Positions 53,322 through 64,000 of a stretch of 64,000 nucleotides of DNA are shown in pieces. Position 1 is the stretch's first letter, and every line of letters begins with the position of its first letter. The stretch lies in assembly GCF_009914755.1 (NCBI RefSeq), contig NC_060927.1, one strand, 5' to 3'. The stretch comes from the human T2T-CHM13v2.0 reference genome, Homo sapiens. The translations under genes and the position numbers were made by a program. The notes beneath the pieces are model-generated. The model was not told the origin of the DNA. It saw nothing but the letters and a program-made list of their open reading frames with translations, and ran no database searches.

Positions 53322-56300
53322 GTTCGAAGACGTAAGAATCTTCTTTCATTGCAGAATATGTATTTAAATCCTGGGTCTCTGGACTTGGCCATTTCACAGA
53401 TAAATCTGGTGGAGATGCCTTGTGATTTGACAGTCTATAACTATCCTTTGAATTGCTTTGTCAACTCCCCTATTTTCCTGAAGAAGAAAATAATAATTGC
53501 AACAAAATGTCTCATTTTGTAAAGGGGAAAATGAGAAACAAGATCAGTAGGAAGTGGTATGTATCAAACATCATGCCAGCTGGAATAACAAAGACTCATG
53601 GCCTGGGTATTGGAGTGAGATTTTTGATCTTTGTTTTCTTGCTCTTAGGAGGGAAGAGCTTCTCATTCATTGCCTTCCATGGCCATATCTATGAGGGGAA
53701 AAATGAAGACTCCTCTTCTAGGAGTGGTACTATTTAGAAGATTCAGGTCTCTAGAGATTACTTCTTTTTGAGCAATCCAAACTGTAAACATTTTTGGAAG
53801 TTAAAAAAGAAACTTAAAAACTTGGTTGAATTTCTACTTAATTCCATTAGCTAAACTTCAAGAGCTAGTAACCAAAGCTGGAGATCCCACAGAACCATCA
53901 TTTTTGGTCTGGAATAGGGCCATACCCTGTCCATTCCCCTAGCCTTCAGCCCAATGGTTTGCATCTTGGCAAACTTCTAAAACAAAAGGATGGGTAAGAA
54001 AGGCACCATTAATCTTCTCCTGGCTCTCAGACTGCAGTAGTTGTCTATTTTCCACAGTGGGAACATATATTCCTTTCCTCAGTGTGTGTCTGTACACTGT
54101 AATATACAGGGGAGGGCTCTTGATGTTTGGTCTCTCTGAATCTCAATGCTCTTCTTTTGTTTTTACCTCCTTATCTTTGTAGTCACTAATCCTAGGCTCA
54201 GGCAGAGAATTTATCTTTTCCAATTTTGCTCGGATCCAAGTCACTAGAATCATAACCATTTGAATTACAATCATTCAGCCTAAAGAGTCTCTGATAGAAA
54301 TGCAGTTTACCTTTCCCCAACCTTATTTTTCTAGACATGCCAGTTTCAACTGAAAACGTCATAATGTGGGAATTTTATCAATATCTTCAAGATCTAAGTA
54401 TCACACTTCAACATTCCCAACTTTTCTTACTAAATTCCCTAAGACCTTCTGAGATTTACCAGCAGAACCTTTAACTGAATGTTCACTCAGTCATTTTAAA
54501 GGTTACCACCTCCTCAGACTAGATTACGTGGTCTCTGCTCTCATTCCCCTGAGACTTGGGATTTACTTCTCATCCACTCTTTCTCTTGCATTAGTGAGTA
54601 GAAGTGTGAGTCTTAACTTCAATTTCAAGAACTGCTATCCCATAATAGGTTTCTCCATTACTGAAAGCCCATGAGTATCTGTGGCTATCAGTAGTTTTGA
54701 GGGTCTCTTTTGTCTTTCTCCACTTGCCTATCTGGACACCACCACTGGGCAAGGACAACCTCTCTCCCTCCACAGCCACTGCTTCTTCCTGCTGCAGCTC
54801 ACAGTCTGTCTGCACCAAGACTCTCCTTTCCTAAGGTCACCCCTAGGTCCTAGCCCTGCCTAGCCTGCCCCTCTCAATTTCCTCTCTGGCTTTCTCAGAA
54901 CATGACAGAGGTTCTCAACATTATCTATTCCTCCAAGCCTTCCTTTTGGTCCACTCTGACCCTGCTCAGCACAGCCACACTCATTTTTCTAAAGCAAAGT
55001 TTATTTCATAAATAATAAAGCATGAACAGTAAATAAGTAAAAGAAATAAATATAAAACGTAGCTATAACAAAAGTTAAAAATAAGTACGTAATATATAAT
55101 AATTTAAAATAAATAAAATAAAGGGACAAAGGATGACATTTGTTTCTTGATATTTCATTTGCTCTGGCTTCACCTTTTCTCTGTTGACAAAGTGCCTATA
55201 ATACTTTAGGTATAGACTTAGTCCACACAATTCTATTTTTTTGTGGGACAGTATCTTTTTTCCTTGTATAATCATAAAAGTTCTTGTATTTTTGTGTTTT
55301 CTGATGCTACTGTGCCTCATGCCTTTATTCTTAGCCTTCCAGAATCTCCCTTACTCAGCCCTTCTCAAAAGTTTTATATCTTTCAGGTCTTTCTTCACTA
55401 AGACTTTCTTCACATATGCATGTTTCTTTCTCCTTTAACCTCAGATTCTTTCCCTTTTCCTATCTGATTTCGCCAACAAAGAATATTATTTCAGGAATTG
55501 GATTAAATATCTATGTTTTACCTCACCAACAACTGAGTTGAAAAATGAAATTTCAGAAATAAAGTTGGACTGCAACTTTGGCTGCATCATTACTTAAAAT
55601 ATCTCATAAGACTCAGCTTACTCATAAATAGAAACAGGGCTTTTTCTTTGCCCTGGAACACTGAGAATACACACTGACAGTCCTTTAGATACTTCCCACT
55701 TATTTCTATTTTCTATATCTCAGCAGAATTCCAAAAGTCACACAGGAGAAGAAACATCCAAAGTGGAGTTTTATTTTAGCAAACTCTCATGAAGACCTTA
55801 CTGGGTCCAAATCAACACAGTAGTAAAATACCAGCAGGAAGTGTCTTGGTGGTATGTTTAGAAGCCTTATCCGAAGCTGGATAATGAGATCTTGAACTTA
55901 TACCTGCCCCCTTTGTTTCATTAGGAAAGCAACACCTCAGCCCTGCTTGTAATTAGGTGTAATTATTTTCTTACAAAAATAATCAGAGTGACTTAACCAG
56001 TGATCTGTTTTTGGTTTGGATAATTCATACTGCTGTTCCTCTTATGCAGTGAGGTCTGGCAAGGGGTGGGACGAGAAAGTTGATGTGTTTAGTTTCTTAA
56101 AGCTCCTAAGTTTCTTATGAATTCCATTCTTTGCTGCCGATTTAATCCCATAACTACACCTGCACTGCAATTACAATGTAAGAACTGGGTGGTTGTAAGG
56201 TAGTTTTTCTTCAGAAGAAAAGAAATTCTATCTAGTAATTTTGGCTCAAACTGATTATTCTAGAAACATGGAGGTAAAGGAAGCCCTTTTTTTTTTTTTT

Positions 56301-56787
56301 TTTTTTTTTACATAAAGTTGTCAGACAATACCAAGTAGTTATTTAAAAGCAAAACTATTTAGTCCACAGTTTGAATGCTTCCATGGTGAAAATTTGATTT
56401 AACATAATAAATGACCCAGTAATTACTCAGAACAAATTGTGTGCCTTGAAACAAAATTTCCGTTTAAGAACAGATTATACGTTGATTCTTGACAAACAAG
56501 AATGGTAGCCCTCTATCTCTACAGACCAGAGATGTTTTCATACTGCTAGCATGCCTTAGTTCTTTATTTTTAAAATTAAGACATACAACAGGAAAAAGGA
56601 ATGGGCAGTGAACTAACATAGTAATTTAACAGTGACTTGTTGCTCTATTGCCATCACCATAGGAGAAAGCACAAGAAAGACAATGCCCATGCCCATTCCA
56701 AACATCACAGGGCTGCTGGGTGATAAATTAGCATAAGCATGACTATGTATAAATGCTCTTCTCACTCCTTTATGGCAAAAATAATTC

Positions 56788-56895
56788 AAATATAAAATAT
56801 AAAATATAAAATATATTTTATATTTATATAAATATAAAATATATTTTATATTTATATAAATATAAAATAATGGTTTTATATAAAATAATGGTTTC
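56788..56895. repeat. AT-rich tandem/palindromic tract
   Basis: 28-bp period; perfect palindromes at 56802-56853 and 56814-56869. Confidence 0.9.
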
Positions 56896-57144
56896 AAATA
56901 GAGTTTTAAATCTGCATGCCAATGTCAAAAATAACACAAGAGATAATGCATAACGTAAATACATTATAATAACCTATATTCCAAAATTAAATAATAAAAC
57001 TTGGGAAGCTAAGAGAAGAGGTTAGGAAAGGAGGTTTGTGTTAAATTCTTCCTTTTGCGTGGGTGAACTTAACAGATATTAGTTTATTATTTAAAGATAT
57101 TAGAAAATTGTAGGTTCAATTACATTTGATAAACCTTAATGGTA

Positions 57145-57335
57145 GTAAGGGGCTGAAACCAGCTTGCACTGACTTCTGAGGGCCAACTGTGCACAGCTTT
57201 TTTTAGCTGTGTGTTCTGTGATATTACGGTGGTAGCTTGAAATCACTGGCCATGGTGCGAATATCTATACCATCAATTTGGCAAATGCTACAAATCAGGC
57301 ACTTTTTAAAATTTCAGACAGCCTGTTAAACACAC
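57145..57335. mobile_element. MER63-like hAT-Blackjack element
   Basis: ggtagcttgaaatc...ggccatggtg...ggcaaatgctacaaatcagg. Confidence 0.75.
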
Positions 57336-57489
57336 CTAAATCTCCCTAAAGATTACTATTAATAGAAGTGTACCCTCACAGTCACTTCCCCAATGTGACC
57401 AAAGACACAATTAAAGAAAAAAGAACATATGGAAACAGAATAAAACAGGATGATATTAGTAAATAGTAGTAAAACAAAGCCTCTCAATA

Positions 57490-58310
57490 TAATGTGAGTG
57501 GAAAAGAAGAGGGAGAGGCAAATGTTCTAGGCACAGGAGATAGCCTCCAAAAGATCTGGAGATAGAGACTGAGGTGTGTTTGAGACACGGAAAGCAGCCT
57601 GATGTTGAAAGAGACAGCAGTTCAGAGAGACTGATTGGGTAAACAGCCAGATCAGGATGGTCTTTTATGTCACACTATGGAATTCAGCTTTCTTCTTAAG
57701 GGGACATGGGAAATCTCTGAATGCTTTAGGCAGGGTAGAGAAATAATCAGATTTGGGTTAAATGAAGATTTAACTAGAGAACAGAAAGCAGTTGAAGCAG
57801 AGAGATTGTGAAAGAGTGGTGGTAAGAGCCCTCCCCTCCCCCCAGCCACTGGTACGAAGCTGGTGCATACTCCTAGAAGAGTCATAGCCATAAAGTGTAC
57901 TCTACTATTCAGTCAACCACTGAAGTTTATGGTTTGGCAATTGAATGATTGCGGTGCTCCTATAAAAGGAAGAAGTGAATTGCAGTGGGCTTTGGATATG
58001 TTGAATATGACCTATCTGTGATAACCCAGTGCATATGTCCAGAAAAGAGTAAGATATACGGGTCTCAAAGTCAAGTGGGAAAATTTGGATGGGATATAGA
58101 TATTTGAGAGTCATTAGCACACAGATAGTATGTACACTGCAACAGGAGATAAAGATTTGGAAGTCCTCAGTATAGAGAGACTATATAATAGTTATGGAAT
58201 TGGATGAGATTTCCTAGAGACCTTTGAGTAAGAGCAAAAACAGATGTAGAACAGAATCCCAAAGAACACCAAAGTTTAAAAGTTGGTTAGAGGAAGGGAC
58301 TTTTGCAAAA
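57490..58310 (-). mobile_element. L2 fragments
   Basis: gttctaggcacagg...ggatatgttgaat...gatatttgagagtcattagc...gagatttcctag. Confidence 0.65.
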
Positions 58311-58396
58311 GTTCTCCGTATATTTAACACCTAGCATAGCGTTCTGCCCAAAGGCACTCAATTAACTATCTAGTAAATGAGCAGGTAAGAAAGTGA

Positions 58397-59414
58397 GGTT
58401 TTCATGTCTGCTAACACAATATCCATTTTGAAGCCTATGAATCAAGGAGTAATGTTGACTTTGAAATCTTATTTTGGAAATACATTTCGTAAGGCTGTAG
58501 CTGCCATAGATAGTGATTCCTCTTGCAGATCTGGGCAAAATAAACGGAAAACTTTCTGAAAATGATTTATCATTCTGCATGTCACTAAGATAATTTGCGG
58601 TTCATGGGAAAAGGCAAAATATCATCATTGACAAGAATTTGGAAGAAGTTGATTTCAACCCTCATGGATAACATTGAAGGATTCAAAACTTCAGTGGAGG
58701 AAGTAACTGCAGATGTGGTAGAGTAGTAAGAGAACTAGAATTGGAAGAGAAGCCTGAAGTTGTGACTGAATTGATGCAATCTCATGAAAAAACTAATGGG
58801 TGAGGAGTTGCTTCTTACGGATGACCAAAGTCCATGGTTTCTTGAGATGGGATTTACTTCTGGGGAAGATGCTGGCAACATTGTTGAAATGATAGCAAAG
58901 GATTTAGAATGTTTTATAAACTTAGTTGACAAAGCAGTAGCAGGGTTTGAGAGAATTGACTGCAATTTTGAAAGAAGTTCTGTGGATAAAATGCTATCAA
59001 ACAGCATTGCACACTACAGAAAAATGTTTGGTGAAATGAAAATTCAACTGATGCAGCAAGCTTCACTGTTTTCTTGTTTTAAGAAATTGTCATAGATAAC
59101 CTTCAGTAACTACCTCCCTGATCAGTCAGCAGCCATCAATAACAAGAAAAGACCCTCCCTCAGCAAAAAGATTACTACTCACCAAAAGCTCAGATGATTG
59201 CTAGAGTGTTTTTTAGTAATAAGGTGTTTTAAGTTGAGGTATGTATATAGTTTTAGACATAATGCCATTATACACTTCATAGACTACAATATAGTATAAG
59301 CATAACTATTATATGCACTGGGAAGCCAAAAAAATCATGTGACTCCTTTATTGCGATATTTGCTTTATTGCAGTGGTCTGGAACCAAGCCCACAATATCT
59401 CTGAGATATGCCTG
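58397..59414 (+). mobile_element. Tigger1 3' portion with right TIR
   Basis: [19 protein letters not shown] (degenerate LQPMDQG motif); ORF 58784..59095 is Tigger1-like; ends ctgagatatgcctg followed by TA. Confidence 0.92.
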
Positions 59415-59439
59415 TATTACTTAACAATTAAAAAAAATT

Positions 59440-60260
59440 CTTCAAACCACGCTCACTTTGAAGATAATAAAAATGCATATTTTAGTATACTTAAACATAA
59501 TGGCTAACAATAACAATACTAGTAATAATACTATGTATTAAAAGCCATATAAGACAGCCATTGCTTACATTAATAAGAATAAAGGAAAACAAATATACAA
59601 ACATCTATATCAAGAAGTTAGTGAAAAGAAGAGCAAGTAACTGAGAAAAAGCATGAGTAAGGGAATAATCAAATTAACACAGAAATGGGTTTCTTAGAGA
59701 ATAGAACACAGCTGACTTAGTAACTAAACCTAAGAGCTTATTTGGAAAACCAAGTGAAACAATGTAGGTAACCCCATGCTTACTCAGTCAACTAAATTAA
59801 AAAGGGGTGGGTAAAGAAAGAAGTGAATATACACAGAATTAGAAATAAGAAATAACCCTTAATACAGAGGCAAGCGTGGGAATTTTAAAAGAACATTTTA
59901 CAAAACTCTCTTCAGATAAATTTGAAATGGGTAATTTTCTAGGAAAATACAAACTACTAAAATTAAACCTGGGAGATATAGAAGACTTCTGCATGTGCAA
60001 ACATGCAAGATATCGAGAAACTTTTAAAGACTTCTTCCTCAAAGCAGTGCCAGGCACAGATGGTTTCTCGGGTGAATTCTTTCAACCTTCAAGGAACAGA
60101 AACTTCAATACTAGTTAAATTGGTCCCAAGCAGAGAGATAAAAGGAAATCTTCCAAATTATTTTTCAAAAGCCAACATAACATTGATTCCAAAACCTTAG
60201 AATAAGAGCGCAGAAAACAAAACTTGAGACAAATCTCAGTTACGAATATCAGAGTTGAAG
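59440..60260 (+). mobile_element. Old L1M ORF2 fragment
   Basis: ccaggcacagatggtttctcgggtgaattctttcaacc; NLPNYFSKANITLIPKP. Confidence 0.75.
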
Positions 60261-60479
60261 TTCCAGAGAACACGAAGGAGTCCCGAGTCACTTTAGTTCA
60301 ACTTCTTAAAACTGCCAAAGGAGTTGGGCACATCAGTAATCATTCACATGAACGAATTTGTATATAATTTTCTTATATTAATGGATAGATACAAATATTA
60401 TTTTATGGCTAAATATGATTTAATTTTTCTTTTTAAAGATTTTCTATTGCAATGACAATAATTAAATATTAAAGTTCAT

Positions 60480-60690
60480 TTTGCATTCCTTTGTTGCTGG
60501 GCCCCATTTTAAGGTCTTTTGCAAGGATTATCTCATTTAATCACCTCCAAAACTCTGAGAGTTGTTATCATTATTCCTTTTTAAATATGAGAAACCTGAG
60601 CCTCAGCAAAGGCATTTTATGGCTAGGGGGTGGTACAGTTTTATTTTGGACCAAAGCAGTCTGACTCTGGAGACACTTCTCATTTTTCTA
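60480..60690 (+). mobile_element. MIR
   Basis: ggattatctcatttaatc...atgagaaacctgagcctcag...gcagtctgactc. Confidence 0.7.
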
Positions 60691-62714
60691 ATGAATTTTA
60701 GTTTGTAAAACCACTATCATGTGGCATCCTGAGGAACGTTATGTGCTGTGAAGACCCCCAAGTGCTGGAGAAAACACATTTTCATAAGATCTAGGGATGA
60801 CATTTGTGCTCCCCTGTAGGAAGCATGTCTGCTGTAACTGAGTAGTGAAAAATACAGATTGGTAAAGGGCAAAGCTGTCAACCAAAGCCAAGAGAGTAGA
60901 AACCAGAAGAGGGTGAGCTGAGATCAGTAAACAGCAAGGGAATGAGACAGTGACATTTGCACCATTAGTAGAAGGACAATTGTGTGTAGATCTTAGGTCA
61001 GAGGATTTGGGCCATGGCACAACTGATGTAATAGACAGACTTTTGGATGCCTGTGCGTATAGGCATGTCTGAAAATAATGCCTGTGACTTTCAAAAGATT
61101 CTCAAATAGACTTAAACATCCACAAAAGGTTAGACATCCCTGCTACAGATGGGAGTAAGGTATCAGAGGGTTACATTGGGTTTGGGAAGCAGAGGAAGTG
61201 GCCTGGACAGCTGCCCATGTCCAGGCTGTGCCCACCTAAGGGAAGGGTATGTGAAGCTCTAAAATCTTCTACTTACCCATACGCCTCAGGGGCCCCACCT
61301 CAGGTCTCTGTTGTCCCGCTCTCTGCTATCTATTCCATGGATATGGCAATGAGGCAAGGGAGTACGTTTTTCTTGTAGTTTAGCTTTTATGCCTGTGCTA
61401 GTGTGTTTGTGTACATGTGTGTATCAGGGGGATTTGCCAAGAACCTGGATTATGCAAGTGTTCTGGTGGCTTCTGCCTGGTCCGGACACGAAAGCAGATT
61501 AAGAACAAGTAATACAAGCAGGAGACATGCAGGGGCTTTCCTCAGGTGGGAAGAATCAGCTTTCCAAGACTGAGTAGAGACAGATGCAGAGATAGAACTG
61601 GGATAAAGGATGAGTGTGCACTTCTTTCACCCATTTAAAATCACAGAGCTTCTCCTATTGACCTGTGTCTTGCCAGGATGAATTATTCACTTATAAGGTG
61701 CTTCCATGTTCTGACTCAGTGCTTTTATATAGAACCATACTTATTTGGGGTTAAAAGAAAATGAAGGGTATGGCTGGATGCTCACAAGAGTTATCATGTA
61801 GGGTGGGTCATTGGGTAGAAGATTATCTCTTATTGAGGAAAATTTTCTTTTCAAAAATTCTCAGTGTGAAACTTGATATGCATAGCCAGAGAAGGAGTGC
61901 TGTGTTGCTAATGCAACAAAAATTAACCATTAGAGGTGGGGTGTGGTGTGCAGTGTATTTATTTTAACCAATACCATATCCTACTTGGAAATAATGGAGC
62001 TGAGAGCAGGAGAGAAGGTGATGCAAAAAGTAACAGGAGGAAAAGAATCCAAGCAAAAGTGAAATTGCCTACACTAAGAGAATAAATAAAAAACCATAGG
62101 AATTACTTATTTGTGTAGTCTCAAAGGCCTCATAGAAAGTAACTCTTTGATTTACCTCCCTTTTTTCATGGAGTGCTGCCAGGCAAAATTAAAAATGGGC
62201 CCATGAAACTAGCGAGACTGAGACAGACATAAAGAATGCTTCAGAGGCTCCAGTTTTTAAGTGCTTTTCACTTAATTGTCTGTGGTTGCCAGCTATGGAG
62301 AGATGGAGAAAAAACATGCAGGGCTGGCTTGAAATACTTGCAGAATATATTGAGACTGAGCACTGTGCAGGGTGCATGCTAATGGCTAGCCTCTGCATTG
62401 TAGCTCTACTCTGACACTGTTATTCTCCTTCCAACTGTGCTTATGCCAAGACTCAGATATTGTAGATTGTTACAGCAGGGAACATTTTGCAGAGGTCTAT
62501 TAGTGTAATTTCCTCCAGCAATATCGATGATTCCAAACTTTTTGATGTTGCCTTGGTTGGACATACTTCTGAAAATGAGAATGGGGAATAAAATTTCTCC
62601 TCTCTGCTTCAGTGCTGCTCTTTCATATGGTGTAGTTCTCTGCCTCTTTGGTGATATAACACACTGATTAATATGCAATAAATGTTCATTGCATATCTAC
62701 TATGACAATTATCT

Positions 62715-63212
62715 TACCACAATAATGATATAAAATGATCACAAATCATAGTGCTGTGCAAGAATAAGTGATTATTGTGTCTGGGATCAGCTGGAACACA
62801 ATTAAGTGACTCTGTTGATCTTGGCTGGGCTCACTCATGAGTCTTTAGTTGGTTTGGCTGGCTGTTGACTGATCTAGAATGGCTTTGGTTGGGACATCTG
62901 GGATAAATTGGCTCTCCTCTGTGTGTCTTTTATTCTCCACTGGGATAGCCTCACAGTGTTTTTTTCATTGTGATGGCAGAGGCTCAATAAAGCGGATAGA
63001 GACACATAAAGCCTCTAGATGCAGGCCCAGAATTGGGACACTGGAACTTCTGCCACATTCTCTTGGCCAAAGCAAGATACAGATTAGTTCAAATTCAAAG
63101 GATAGGAAAGTAGACCCTCTCAGTTTAGTGAGAGAAACTGCAGTGTCATATGGAACAAAACAAAGACACAGGAGATGACTAAAAACCAAGTCATCATGGT
63201 AATGTACTACAC
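62715..63212 (-). mobile_element. MLT1 (F/G/H-like) LTR
   Basis: ttggctgggctcactcatg...tgatctagaatggc...cttctgccacattctcttggccaaagcaag...attcaa. Confidence 0.75.
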
Positions 63213-63477
63213 ATACTATATGCCATGCCTGTAAGGTGTTTGTAGAAACCCAAACATTCTTTCACCTCAAGCCTATTTTCCTTTCTAGCAAGTGATACAC
63301 GTTGTCACCAGCCCATCCTTGTTGCTAGGAAGAAAGAAAAATCCTATTTCACTCTATGTCATTCTCATGTTTTCTGGCTCTTTGTGGAAAGCAGTAGTGA
63401 TGTAAATGAATATAGCAGGAGCTCTTTTATTAAACCTTGCAACCTGGGCTTTAGGCCGAATGACACTGAACTCCACA

Positions 63478-63930
63478 GAGTGGGGATGCTGTTGATGCCC
63501 AGGTCAGATCCTCTTTTCTGAGCTAGTGAACCTATTCCCCAGCTTCCCTGAGTGTTGGCTGCTAATGGCTCATACTTGCCCCCTTTTTCAGAAAATTGCC
63601 TTCATTCATACAAAGGCTGCCTTGTTCCAGGGTTTATGCACATACTCCCTTACCCTAGCAGCCTTTAGCCAATGTTGAAATGAAATGGCTATATAAGAGG
63701 CTACCCTTTTGCCTCGAGGGGGAGCCAACTCAGTGGGGCAGTTCGCACCAGAGCACCCCATTGGATCAGCATGAAGCTAATCTTTAACTGAAACTACATC
63801 CTTGCTCAACTCCTTCTCCTGCCCAATCCTAGTTACTGCACTCCCCTTCTCCTGAGAACACTCCATCAATAAATCAGGTGCAACTGAACACCTGTTTCAG
63901 GCTCTGTTTCTAGAAACCCAAACTAAGATA
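63478..63930 (+). mobile_element. ERVL solo LTR (LTR33/LTR16 family)
   Basis: cccagct...gagtgttggctgctaatggctca ... tcaataaatca...caggctctgtttctagaaacccaaactaaga. Confidence 0.7.
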
Positions 63931-64000
63931 ACCATCTAGCATAACATATGTCAAAGGGAAGAAGGCATTCTCCTCTTGTTTTTCAAAGACCTGCTTGTAG

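Noticed and set aside
52802-53335. 177-aa and 117-aa repetitive ORFs in the LTRs
   Set aside because: They are antisense translations of LTR12 tandem repeats.
58397-59095. Active or domesticated Tigger transposase
   Set aside because: 5'-truncated, the motif Asp is mutated (PMNQG), and the frame is disrupted.

Overview
Repeat-dense primate (human-like) non-coding DNA, intronic or intergenic. I see no recognisable host protein-coding exon, RNA gene or CpG island. The ORFs in the track are transposon relics or chance ORFs. Main content: (1) a nested L1 complex at 1-10 kb, with the 5' end of an L1PA6-8-type element and a truncated MER51-like ERV1 provirus; (2) about 12 Alus or Alu fragments, including two close inverted pairs; (3) many ancient L2, MIR, MLT1, ERVL-LTR and hAT/Tigger relics; (4) a ~5.9 kb internally deleted two-LTR HERV9/LTR12 provirus on the minus strand (47424-53321). 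The most notable observation is that this provirus looks chimeric: it carries two RNase H-derived segments, one HERV9-type and one HERV-I/HERVIP10-type. Other points are a deletion in the L1 5'UTR over the ZNF93-targeted region, two short old local duplications, a perfectly palindromic AT-only tract and a tandem IRF/ISRE motif. I found no convincing new biological system. Subfamily names come from recalled consensus sequences and need RepeatMasker/Dfam confirmation. Boundaries of the ancient repeats are approximate.
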